In this document: piece after piece, positions 38,052-46,573 of the stretch | Layout of the letters: every line of letters begins with the position of its first letter | Position numbering within the stretch: position 1 is the stretch's first letter | Assembly: GCA_016217925.1 (NCBI GenBank) | Contig: JACRFK010000003.1 | Coordinates: forward strand, 78,925 to 142,924 | Origin: Candidatus Kaiserbacteria bacterium | GTDB taxonomy: Bacteria > Patescibacteriota > Minisyncoccia > Phycocordibacterales > UBA2100 | Direction of reading: 5' to 3' | Length of the DNA: 64,000 nt | Position numbers and translations under genes: made by a program | The notes under the pieces: model-generated | Seen by the model: the letters and a program-made list of their open reading frames with translations, nothing else | The model's database searches: none | What the model was told of the DNA's origin: nothing

Positions 38052-40028
38052 TTACACGGTCAACACCGCCTTGATGCGGCGGATGCCTGCCGCGACCGCT
38101 TCCTCTTTCTGAATTTTGAATGTGCCGCCCTCTCCTATCTCACGTGTGTTCCCGACGTGTGGGCCGCCGCAGAATTCTATCGAGAACGCTTTGTCGAATT
38201 GCGGGTCGGTGGCCGTCGCCCCTTTTGGTCCGAGCGAGTACACCGAGACCATGTCGGGATACTTTGCACCGAATTCGTGCTCGGCGCCGAGTTTCTCTGC
38301 CTCCTCTTTGGGCAAGGTCGAGCGTATCATCGGCAGTCCTTCTTGTATTTTTTCGTTGACGATGCGTTCCACCTCCTGTAGCTGTTCGGGTGTCATTTTG
38401 GCGCCGTACGAGAAGTCTATACGTAGACGCTCTTGTGTGATGTTGCTACCGCGCTGTTTTATCGAAGGGCCAAGCACTATTTGCAAGGCCTTGAGGAGCA
38501 GGTGGTGCGCCGTGTGCAGGCGCGTGGTCTTTTCGGACTGGTCGGCGAGTCCCCCTTTAAACTTTTGCTCACTCCCCGCGCGGGAGAGTTCGCGGTGTTT
38601 CTTCATCGCCGCAGCGAACCCGTCCTCATCCACGTCAATACCGCGCTCGTGCGCCAATTCGAGCGTCATCTCAAAGGGAAAACCGTAGGTCGTGAAGAGG
38701 AGAAAGGCATCGTTACTCGCGATGTGGCCGGCCTTTGCCACCTTCTCGAATTCCTTCATGCCGCTTTCGAGGGTGTGTGCGAATTGTTTTTCCTCTTTCC
38801 ATATCTCGCTCGTGATAGTTTCGTACGCCTCTTCGGAGCCGAGCTCGGGGTATGCCTGCTTGTACTTCTCGATGAAAGACACCGCACAGCGCACGAGCAT
38901 GCTGTCCGCGGCCTCACCATTCTGTATTTCGAGTTTCTGCGCGTGTTGCGCGGCACGGCGGATGAGGCGGCGCAATACATATCCGCGGTCGGTGTTGGCC
39001 GGCCGCACACCATCGGCGAGCATGAATGTCGCGGCGCGCATGTGGTCCGCGACGATGCGGTATGAGCGCTGGTACCGCTTGTCCTCGTACTCCTTGCCTG
39101 AGAAATGAATGAGGAGTCCGATGACGTCGGCGAAGACATCAATAGCGAAGACGTCGGGGTTGTCCTGCGCGGCTGCGGCGATGCGTTCGAGCCCGCCGCC
39201 GAAGTCGACATTAGCCTTTGGTAAAAGCTTAAATACTTTCTTTCCGCCGGAGGCGGATCCTCCTTCGGAGGAGATGTACTGCATAAAGACGGAATTACCA
39301 ATCTCGAGGAACCGTCCGCAATCGCAATTGGGGTGGCACTCGGCGCCGAATTGCGGGTCGTGAGGCGTGCCGAAGTCATAAAACACCTCTGAGTCCGGCC
39401 CGCCCGGCTCCCCTGCAGGCATGTTTTCGGGGACTCCCGCGCGGCTCCACCAATTTTTCTTGGCATCGTAGTAGAAGATGCGTCCGCCTTGCATGCCGAG
39501 GCGGTAGCCGTCGGCTTCCGGACCTATTTCAACTATCTTTGCGTCGATTCCTTTGCTCTCAAACAGTGTTTTCCAAATTTCGGCAGACTCAGTATCCTTA
39601 GGGACACCGTTTTTTTCATCGCCGATAAATGCGGTCACATACAAATTCTTCGGGTCGAGACCTATCTCGCTCGTCAAGAATTCAAAGAACCACGGCAGCT
39701 GCTCACGCTTAAAATAATCGCCGAGCGACCAATTGCCGAGCATCTCGAAAAATGTCGTGTGGCGGTTGTCGCCCACTTCTTCGATATCTTCAGCGCGGAA
39801 ACTTTTCTGGCTATTTACCAAACGATTGCCTTTTGGATGCGGCTCGCCGAGAAGATACGGCACGAGCGGCTGCATGCCGCTACCGGTGAAAAGTGTCGTC
39901 GGGTCGTTCTGGGGTACGAGCGGCGCGGAAGGAATTATGGTGTGCCCTCTTGTCTTTCCGCCGGAGGCGGATCCTCCTCTGGAGGAGAAAAATTCCAGAT
40001 ACTTCGTGCGTATCTCGTTGATAGTCAT
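38052..40028 (-). CDS. alaS: Alanyl-tRNA synthetase (short form, catalytic plus editing domains) carrying two 10-aa element insertions
   Basis: N-terminal EIRTKYLEFF....GH..IPSAPLVPQNDPTLLFTGSGM. Editing-site HTAHHLL and CGGPHV motifs. 658 aa. Confidence 0.9.
   Translation of the reverse strand: MTINEIRTKYLEFFSSRGGSASGGKTRGHTIIPSAPLVPQNDPTTLFTGSGMQPLVPYLLGEPHPKGNRLVNSQKSFRAEDIEEVGDNRHTTFFEMLGNWSLGDYFKREQLPWFFEFLTSEIGLDPKNLYVTAFIGDEKNGVPKDTESAEIWKTLFESKGIDAKIVEIGPEADGYRLGMQGGRIFYYDAKKNWWSRAGVPENMPAGEPGGPDSEVFYDFGTPHDPQFGAECHPNCDCGRFLEIGNSVFMQYISSEGGSASGGKKVFKLLPKANVDFGGGLERIAAAAQDNPDVFAIDVFADVIGLLIHFSGKEYEDKRYQRSYRIVADHMRAATFMLADGVRPANTDRGYVLRRLIRRAAQHAQKLEIQNGEAADSMLVRCAVSFIEKYKQAYPELGSEEAYETITSEIWKEEKQFAHTLESGMKEFEKVAKAGHIASNDAFLLFTTYGFPFEMTLELAHERGIDVDEDGFAAAMKKHRELSRAGSEQKFKGGLADQSEKTTRLHTAHHLLLKALQIVLGPSIKQRGSNITQERLRIDFSYGAKMTPEQLQEVERIVNEKIQEGLPMIRSTLPKEEAEKLGAEHEFGAKYPDMVSVYSLGPKGATATDPQFDKAFSIEFCGGPHVGNTREIGEGGTFKIQKEEAVAAGIRRIKAVLTV
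39243..39272. repeat. 30-bp double-hairpin element, in-frame in alaS (encodes [10 protein letters not shown])
   Basis: tccgccggaggcggatcctccttcggagga. This is the opposite orientation to the dnaK and rplQ copies. Confidence 0.8.
39957..39986. repeat. 30-bp double-hairpin element, in-frame in the alaS N-terminus (encodes SSRGGSASGG)
   Basis: tccgccggaggcggatcctcctctggagga. It interrupts the otherwise conserved AlaRS N-terminal block FF..GH. Confidence 0.8.
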
Positions 40029-40113
40029 TTAGAAGAGAGTAACGCGTTTTCCAAAAAAGAAAAGAGGCCCGGCAGTGCGCCGAGCCCTTCTTTTTCTTAG
40101 AACTGACCGGTAG

Positions 40114-40572
40114 CTATTGCGACCGAGACCTTGGAATTGGAAGGTCGGCCTTGCGACCGTTGATCAGGACATCGTCGGCAGGGAAGAACAGATAAGCCGG
40201 TCTGCGCATCCACGTGAAGTAGCGTGTATTGCCCCAGTCCAAAGTGTTCCAGTCTTCCAACGTGAGGCCGAAACGTTCGTTCGACGACCCTTGGAATGAA
40301 GCCTCGGCACACTTGAAGTAGCCCCACCTGACCGTTCGTTTGCTGGACCCGTCTTTATTGGTCCACACATGGGCCTCGTTCATGTCGAAGACGCAGGGGA
40401 TCCCGCTGTAGAACACGACAGACTTCGGCCATCCCCAATACGCCGTAGCGACAGATCCGAGGATGACTCCGATTACCAAGGCGTACAAAAATGCACTTCG
40501 TTCGCCCAGATCTTTGGCTTTCACCGGCTTCTGGGTAGCCTTCTTGTCTTTTGCAGCCATCGTAGCCCTCAC
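40114..40572 (-). CDS. Hypothetical small membrane protein
   Basis: 152-aa ORF with one TM helix. Confidence 0.35.
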   Translation of the reverse strand: MRATMAAKDKKATQKPVKAKDLGERSAFLYALVIGVILGSVATAYWGWPKSVVFYSGIPCVFDMNEAHVWTNKDGSSKRTVRWGYFKCAEASFQGSSNERFGLTLEDWNTLDWGNTRYFTWMRRPAYLFFPADDVLINGRKADLPIPRSRSQ

Positions 40573-40635
40573 AGTTTGAGGACGCTCAACAGACGTCCAT
40601 GGGTAATATACGCCTTAGCTTTTGCTATATCAACC

Positions 40636-41931
40636 ATGAGGCGATACTATGCGCTGACGATGAAATACGATATCCACACACTTAAAAACGGACTGCGGGT
40701 CGTGCTCGTCCCGATGCCGACTACACAGACGGCCACGGTCGTCGTGATGACGGGCACCGGCTCGCGATATGAAAATGCGCACGAGAACGGCCTCGCACAT
40801 TTCTTGGAGCACATGTTTTTCAAGGGCACGAAGAAGCGTAAGGGCGCCCGCGAAATCAGCGAAGAGCTCGACGGCATCGGTAGCTCCTACAACGCCTTCA
40901 CCGCCAAAGACCGCACCGCCTATTACGCCAAGGTGAGCGCAGGCTACCTCGATACCGCGCTGGATGTGATAAGCGACATCTTCCTCAACTCCACGCTCCC
41001 CGGCAGGGAGATAACCAAAGAGCGCGGGGCCATCATTCAGGAGATTGATATGTACGAAGATATGCCGATGCGCACTATTGATAACGTCTTTGATGCCCTC
41101 ATTTTCGGCGCGGAGCACCCGCTCGGCCGCACGATACTCGGGCCGAAGGAAAATATCCGCACATTTTCGCGTACGGATTTCTCCACATACCTCAAGAGAA
41201 ACTACACCCCGGCCAACACCATCGTCAGCATCGCGGGCTCGTTCTCGACGCCGAAAGTCTTGGCGAAGATAAAGAAGGAATTCGGACGCCTCAAGAAGGC
41301 CGAATCCCCCGCCCTCGTGCCTTTCATCGGCACTCAGGAAGCTCCACGCATCTCTATAAAGGAGAAAAAGACCGACCAGACCCAGCTCATGCTCGGCTTG
41401 CCCGCGTACCCGTACCTGCACAAGGATGAATACGCCCTCGAAGTGCTTGCCTCCCTTTTGGGCGGGGGAATGAGCAGCCGACTTTTCCTCGAGGTGCGCG
41501 AGAAGCGCGGCCTCGCCTATTCCGTACACGCCTGGGCAGAGAAATATCCCGACACCGGCTACTTCGCGGTACAGGCCGGCGTGGAGCACGGAAAGTTGGA
41601 AAAGGCGGTCGAAACGATTCTCGCCGAGTTCCGTAAAGTGAAGAAGACGAAAGTCTCGGCAAAAGAGCTCGCGAAAGTGAAGGCAAACCTCAAAGGCACG
41701 ATGACCCTCGCGCTCGAAACTAGCGGCGCGATAGCCCAGCATGCGGCATCGTCGCTGGTGAGCATCGGAAAGATACGGCAATTGGAGGAGATTATGAAAG
41801 GGGTAGACAAAGTCACCGCCATTGACATCCAGCGCGTAGCAAAAGACATCCTCCAGACAGGAAAACTCAACCTGGCCATCATCGGCCCGCATTTGCAGAA
41901 AGAGCAACTTCTAAAACTCTTGCGCATATAA
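40636..41931 (+). CDS. M16 family zinc peptidase (insulinase/pitrilysin-like)
   Basis: Inverted zinc motif HFLEHMFFKGT (HxxEH) plus the downstream E of M16. Confidence 0.8.
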   Translation: MRRYYALTMKYDIHTLKNGLRVVLVPMPTTQTATVVVMTGTGSRYENAHENGLAHFLEHMFFKGTKKRKGAREISEELDGIGSSYNAFTAKDRTAYYAKVSAGYLDTALDVISDIFLNSTLPGREITKERGAIIQEIDMYEDMPMRTIDNVFDALIFGAEHPLGRTILGPKENIRTFSRTDFSTYLKRNYTPANTIVSIAGSFSTPKVLAKIKKEFGRLKKAESPALVPFIGTQEAPRISIKEKKTDQTQLMLGLPAYPYLHKDEYALEVLASLLGGGMSSRLFLEVREKRGLAYSVHAWAEKYPDTGYFAVQAGVEHGKLEKAVETILAEFRKVKKTKVSAKELAKVKANLKGTMTLALETSGAIAQHAASSLVSIGKIRQLEEIMKGVDKVTAIDIQRVAKDILQTGKLNLAIIGPHLQKEQLLKLLRI

Positions 41932-41984
41932 CAGTAGACGTGTATAGAGTCTCGGGCGAAACACTTACGCGAGGGAGCATCGCA

Positions 41985-42350
41985 ATGACTGATAGGAAGC
42001 GACTGTACAACCTCGCGCGTGTTCGCAACGCGGGGCAAATGGCCGAGATGGAGCGCTTCGAGGCAGCTGGTATCTGTATGTTCTGTCCGGAAGGGCTTGG
42101 ACCCGCAGACGTGCCAATCGTCACGCAAGGAGAGCGCTGGATTATAGCCCGCAACAAGCATCCCTATGAGGGCACGGCGCTGCACTACATCGCGATTTAT
42201 CGCGTGCACGTGCAATCTTTTAGCGAGGTCGCGGGTGAAGCTTGGCCGGAACTTTTCAGGCTTTTCGCTGAACTCGTGGGTCCAACTTGCTCGTTCGTTA
42301 TGGCTGTGCAAGTCGGACTTGCTCATCTTCAGCTTCTGAGTTCGAGCTAA
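41985..42350 (+). CDS. HIT-superfamily-like protein
   Basis: GICMFCPEG...W.IARNKHPYEGTALHYIAIYRVHV resembles the GalT/Ap4A-phosphorylase HIT branch. The His triad is degenerate. Confidence 0.35.
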   Translation: MTDRKRLYNLARVRNAGQMAEMERFEAAGICMFCPEGLGPADVPIVTQGERWIIARNKHPYEGTALHYIAIYRVHVQSFSEVAGEAWPELFRLFAELVGPTCSFVMAVQVGLAHLQLLSSS

Positions 42351-42412
42351 CTTGACATATCGGTTTTGCGACGTAGAGTCTTGATAGTTTCCTAGGAGCA
42401 CTGGCTCCGCAT

Positions 42413-42877
42413 TTGAGGATCTTTCCCATGCAAGACAGCCTAGCGTCGAAGCTGGCGGAGTTGACCGCGGAAGCGCGTAAGAAATTTCCGTCTGTAGAGC
42501 CCCTGGACGAAGCTCGCGAGATAGAGCAAATCCAGGCTCTCTGCCAAAAACTACCCGATATGCTGATGGACGCGGCGCGTCGCGGCCAGACCCGATTCGA
42601 CATCATGGTCATTCAGCCTCGGCACCAAGCGGGCATGTTCACGTGGTACATGTACTCGCCCTTGATCGGCCCACAAGTCGACAAAGCGATGGTCGAGTTG
42701 AAAGGCGCCGCAGCTACCATGGTGACGTGGATGAAGGCGCAGGGTTTGCGACCCGGTATTCACCATGTCAGGCATTGCGAAAGTCATGACGGCATGTCGA
42801 CCATGTGGTGGGACTACACTTTAAGCGCGCACTGGCCGCGTGCAGTTCCCGCCAAGAAAGCAGTCGCTGCGGCCTGA
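42413..42877 (+). CDS. Hypothetical protein
   Basis: 154-aa ORF. Confidence 0.35.
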   Translation: MRIFPMQDSLASKLAELTAEARKKFPSVEPLDEAREIEQIQALCQKLPDMLMDAARRGQTRFDIMVIQPRHQAGMFTWYMYSPLIGPQVDKAMVELKGAAATMVTWMKAQGLRPGIHHVRHCESHDGMSTMWWDYTLSAHWPRAVPAKKAVAAA

Positions 42878-42958
42878 CCAAAACGACCCCCCTTTGCGGG
42901 GACGAAGAGCCAAACCTTCGTCTCGTGCGAGGGGGCGGCTTTTTACAACCAATCGAGG

Positions 42959-43016
42959 GGTTTTGTTGTGGCTCGCTAGATACTCGTTTGTTTTGCTGAA
43001 GGGTTTGGAGCCGGAG
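42959..43016. repeat. Direct repeat copy 1, an orphaned duplicate of the ung 3' coding end
   Basis: Its reverse complement translates to SGSKPFSKTNEYLASHNKTPRL, compared with ung FGSKPFSKTNAYLVEHNKKPIDWL. About 50 of 57 nt are identical to 43652-43708. Confidence 0.7.
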
Positions 43017-43020
43017 TCGC

Positions 43021-43416
43021 TTATTCTTTCCGCTTCAAGTCCACCTCTGCTTTTTGCATATCAAACTTTACGACAAAGTGCTCGAAGAATCCGGTCTGAC
43101 CAACGACACCGTAATTGGATCCGCCAGCGACAAGCGGAAGGAACCCAGCTTGTATGTTGTACGACCAGCCACCGACCTCAATAGTCACGGGGTGGATAAA
43201 GTACGTCGCTGTTTGCCCGGCGATACCTCCGACAAGCGCCGGAGTTCCTTTTTCGACTTCGATCCCTAAAGCGGATGCAACTTGCTCATCGAAAATGCAA
43301 CTGTCCGCGCCAGAATCTACGAGGACGCTGTAGGAAATTGAACGCCCATCATGCTTGATCTTTATCGGTATGACTGGCCGTGAATGAGCACCATATCGAA
43401 GATACGGGAATTTCAT
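43021..43416 (-). CDS. Retropepsin-like aspartic protease (clan AA)
   Basis: VLVDSGADSCIF contains the D-S/T-G-A active-site motif. 131 aa. Confidence 0.6.
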   Translation of the reverse strand: MKFPYLRYGAHSRPVIPIKIKHDGRSISYSVLVDSGADSCIFDEQVASALGIEVEKGTPALVGGIAGQTATYFIHPVTIEVGGWSYNIQAGFLPLVAGGSNYGVVGQTGFFEHFVVKFDMQKAEVDLKRKE

Positions 43417-43616
43417 ATCCCATACCCAACGTACGTTATATCTTCTTTCGGCATGCGCATCATGATAGGATCTTTACACCCTTTCTTCTTGGCGTCCTCG
43501 AGAGCTTCCTTGAGAGTTTCGCCAGCTCCGACAACAGTGGTCTGGTCCTCTGCAAGCCCCACCCACATGCCGGCATACTTCTTTTGTGCTTCCGTCAAAT
43601 CTATTTCCATATACAT
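43413..43616 (-). CDS. Hypothetical 67-aa protein, translationally coupled to the protease
   Basis: ATGA overlap with the downstream protease gene. Confidence 0.4.
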   Translation of the reverse strand: MYMEIDLTEAQKKYAGMWVGLAEDQTTVVGAGETLKEALEDAKKKGCKDPIMMRMPKEDITYVGYGI

Positions 43617-43633
43617 GCATTATAACAAAGATG

Positions 43634-44317
43634 CTACAGCCAATCAATCGGCTTTTTGTTGTGCTCAACTAGATACGCGTTCGTTTTGCTGAAGGGTTTG
43701 GAGCCGAAGAATTTGGTGGCGGAAAAGGGCGAGGGGTGGGCGGATTCGATTACGAGGTGCTTGGTGCGGTCTATATGTGCGCCTTTCTGCTTGGCGTAGT
43801 TGCCCCAGAGGATGAAAACGAGATGCTCGCGCTCCTCGGAGAGCTTGCGAATGACCGCGTCTGTGAATTCTTCCCAGCCCTTGCCTTGATGCGAGCCGGC
43901 TGTTCTCGCGCGAACAGTTAACGTTGCGTTGAGTAGCAAGACGCCTTGCTTGGCCCAATCCTCTAAACTACCACCCTTCTTCGCCAAGGCTTCGAAGGGC
44001 AAAGAACAATCTGCTGAAAGTTCTTTGAATATATTCTGCAGCGACGGCGGGAGCGGCACGCCCTCACTCACCGCAAAGCACAAGCCGTTGGCTTGCTGCG
44101 GGCCGTGGTACGGGTCCTGGCCGAGGATGACGACTTCCACCTTGTCGAAGGGGCACAAGTCGAAGGCGCGGAAAATATTCTTCGGCGCGGGGTAGACGAT
44201 GGCGTGCTGATACTCCCCCTTCACAAACTCCCGCAGCTTGGTGAAATACCCCTTGCCAAACTCGTCCTGCAGCACCCTCTTCCACGATACCTCGATCTTT
44301 ACGTCTTTTTCTGTCAT
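43634..44317 (-). CDS. ung: Uracil-DNA glycosylase, family 1
   Basis: GQDPYHGPQQANGLCF water-activating motif and HPSPFS C-terminal motif. Start set at MTEKDV. Confidence 0.85.
   Translation of the reverse strand: MTEKDVKIEVSWKRVLQDEFGKGYFTKLREFVKGEYQHAIVYPAPKNIFRAFDLCPFDKVEVVILGQDPYHGPQQANGLCFAVSEGVPLPPSLQNIFKELSADCSLPFEALAKKGGSLEDWAKQGVLLLNATLTVRARTAGSHQGKGWEEFTDAVIRKLSEEREHLVFILWGNYAKQKGAHIDRTKHLVIESAHPSPFSATKFFGSKPFSKTNAYLVEHNKKPIDWL
43652..43708. repeat. Direct repeat copy 2 (the functional 3' end of ung)
   Basis: Overlaps the last ~19 codons of ung. Confidence 0.7.
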
Positions 44318-44456
44318 ATGGGCAGTATACAAAACATCCGGCCTTTGAGGGTTATGCACCCGCGGGTTCCAGCCCCCTCGAAAAGCCTCTCCTGTTGTGG
44401 TATACAAAAGCGGGCGAAGGCCCTTTTTATTATTCTGATTATCTAACAGTGATTGC

Positions 44457-45884
44457 ATGAAAAAAGGAAGATATCCCGTGTACGTAAAGTTTCCCGGCAA
44501 GCTGCTCATCGTAGGCTTCGGCTCCATCGGCCAAGGCGTGCTGCCCTTGATACTCCGCCACATCGGCATCGACCGAAAAAATATTTCCATCATCACCGCC
44601 GACAACTCAGGTAAGGCAATCGCAAAGAAGGAAGGTATTCCGTTCAAGATAGAACCTCTTTTGCAGGATAACTACCAGACCGTGCTCGACCGCCACATCG
44701 GTAAAGGTGACTTTCTTTTGAACCTTTCCGTCGATGTTTCATCTGTCGACCTCATGGCGTACTGCAAGGAAAAAGACATCCTGTACCTCGACACCGTGGT
44801 GGAGCCGTGGCTCGGCGGCTACACTGACCCGAAGCTTTCCATCACCGACCGCTCCAACTACGGCCTGCGCGAGACTTTGCTCGCTGCGAAACGCAAATTC
44901 GGCAAAGGGCCAACGGCGGTCTCGACACACGGCGCCAACCCCGGCATCGTGTCGCACTTCCTCAAGCGCGCACTGATTCAAATCGCGAAGGACACAAAGT
45001 TCAAACACAAAAAGCCCGTCTCGCGTGAGGATTGGGCGAAGCTCATGAAAGACCTCGGTGTGAAAGCGGTGCATGTGGCCGAGTACGATTCGCAAAAATC
45101 CAATAAACCAAAGAAAATCGGACAATTCGAAAATACCTGGTCGGTGCCGGGATTCCACTCCGAAGGCATTCTGCAGCCTTCCGAGATGGGCTGGGGCACC
45201 CACGAAAAGCACTTTCCCAAGAACGGTCATCGGCACAAGGGAGGCTGCGATGCTTCTATCTACCTCGACCAGCCGGGTGCGCGCACTCTTGTGCGCACCT
45301 GGACGCCGGAGCACGGCCATTTCCTCGGCCGCGCGGTCACCCACAACGAGTCCGTATCAATCGCCGACTACTACACGGTAAAAAAGGGTAAAAAGGCCGT
45401 GTATCGACCGACCGTGCACTACGCCTATCGTTGCTGCGATGTGGCGATACTCTCTATCGAGGAATGTTTCGGGCGCAACTCCGTCCTGCAGAACGAGTGG
45501 CGCATTCTCATGGACGATATCGTCTCCGGCATGGATGAGCTTGGCGTGCTTCTCATGGGTCACAAGAAAAATGCGTATTGGTATGGCTCGCAGCTCACAA
45601 TGGAGGAGACGCGCGGACTCGCCCCGTATCAGAATGCTACAGGTCTACAGGTGACCGTCGGCGTATTGGGCGGCATGATATGGGCGATAGAAAACCCGCG
45701 AGAAGGCATCGTCGAAGCCGACGAAATGGACTACGAGCGCGTCATGGAAATTATCGAGCCGTATCTTGGCACGATGAAAGGCGCCTATACCGATTGGACG
45801 CCGCTCGAAGGGCGCACAAGCACATTCGAGCAGGATGTCGACAAGTCCGACCCGTGGCAATTCAAAAACATCTTGTTCTCGTAG
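44457..45884 (+). CDS. hss: Homospermidine synthase (bacterial NAD-dependent type)
   Basis: 475 aa. Rossmann N-terminus LLIVGFGSIGQGVLPLILRH, matching the bacterial HSS/CANSDH family. Confidence 0.75.
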   Translation: MKKGRYPVYVKFPGKLLIVGFGSIGQGVLPLILRHIGIDRKNISIITADNSGKAIAKKEGIPFKIEPLLQDNYQTVLDRHIGKGDFLLNLSVDVSSVDLMAYCKEKDILYLDTVVEPWLGGYTDPKLSITDRSNYGLRETLLAAKRKFGKGPTAVSTHGANPGIVSHFLKRALIQIAKDTKFKHKKPVSREDWAKLMKDLGVKAVHVAEYDSQKSNKPKKIGQFENTWSVPGFHSEGILQPSEMGWGTHEKHFPKNGHRHKGGCDASIYLDQPGARTLVRTWTPEHGHFLGRAVTHNESVSIADYYTVKKGKKAVYRPTVHYAYRCCDVAILSIEECFGRNSVLQNEWRILMDDIVSGMDELGVLLMGHKKNAYWYGSQLTMEETRGLAPYQNATGLQVTVGVLGGMIWAIENPREGIVEADEMDYERVMEIIEPYLGTMKGAYTDWTPLEGRTSTFEQDVDKSDPWQFKNILFS

Positions 45885-45892
45885 AATTTGTT

Positions 45893-46561
45893 TTAGCCGA
45901 GAACTGACTCGATGTCTGCAACAGTAGGTACAACATCCTTAACTCCGAGTTCTTGAGCTTGTTTCTCGCTGAGATGACCTGTTAAGACGACGACAGGCCG
46001 AACTCCTGAGGCTTGCGCCATTTTCACATCGCCCGCGGCGTCCCCGGCCATTATTGCTTCATCAGGGCGAACGTCTTGAGTTTTTAAGATGTTTTCAAGA
46101 AGGTCTGGGTACGGTTTCCCCCTTGAAAGATCGGGGAGATCATATGTCGAGATAATTTGACAGAATAATTCTTTAGAAACACCGAATTTGGGCATGACAT
46201 ATTCTTTGAGTAAAACAGGATGAATACCCGTTGCGATTGCAAGTTTATATTTGCTTTGTAGAGCGTGGAGAGTTTCTATGCTATCCGGAACAATTGATAA
46301 TTTTCCTATAAACAACTCGGAGAAAAGACACTTCTCGTAGTGTTCATGTGCTTGTTCAATAAGGTCAGAGCGCTTACCCAAAATCCGTGCGATTACCTCA
46401 CGTGCCGGTCTGCCCCAAAGTTCTTTCGCAGCCGCTCTGGCGGCATTTGGATCAATTCCATCCAAGACTGAATCTGTTCCGGCTTTGTAGCAAGCGTAGT
46501 ACCCTTCCGAAGCTCCGCGAGTAAATACGTCGTCCCAGTCGAAAACAATAAGTTTTATCAT
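45893..46561 (-). CDS. HAD-superfamily hydrolase (phosphoglycolate-phosphatase-like)
   Basis: LIVFDWDDVF motif I, capped architecture, GDAAGD motif IV. Confidence 0.7.
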   Translation of the reverse strand: MIKLIVFDWDDVFTRGASEGYYACYKAGTDSVLDGIDPNAARAAAKELWGRPAREVIARILGKRSDLIEQAHEHYEKCLFSELFIGKLSIVPDSIETLHALQSKYKLAIATGIHPVLLKEYVMPKFGVSKELFCQIISTYDLPDLSRGKPYPDLLENILKTQDVRPDEAIMAGDAAGDVKMAQASGVRPVVVLTGHLSEKQAQELGVKDVVPTVADIESVLG

Positions 46562-46573
46562 GAGCTGTGCATG

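Noticed and set aside
40630-41907. A 425-aa minus-strand ORF fully antisense to the M16 peptidase gene.
   Set aside because: The plus-strand frame carries the HxxEH zinc motif and M16 homology along its whole length. The antisense ORF is Arg/Gly-rich with no motifs, as expected for a GC-rich shadow ORF.
44093-44446. ORFs antisense to ung and to the HSS upstream region, including 43665-43958 and 44064-44285.
   Set aside because: They overlap the well-supported ung gene on the opposite strand and lack motifs.
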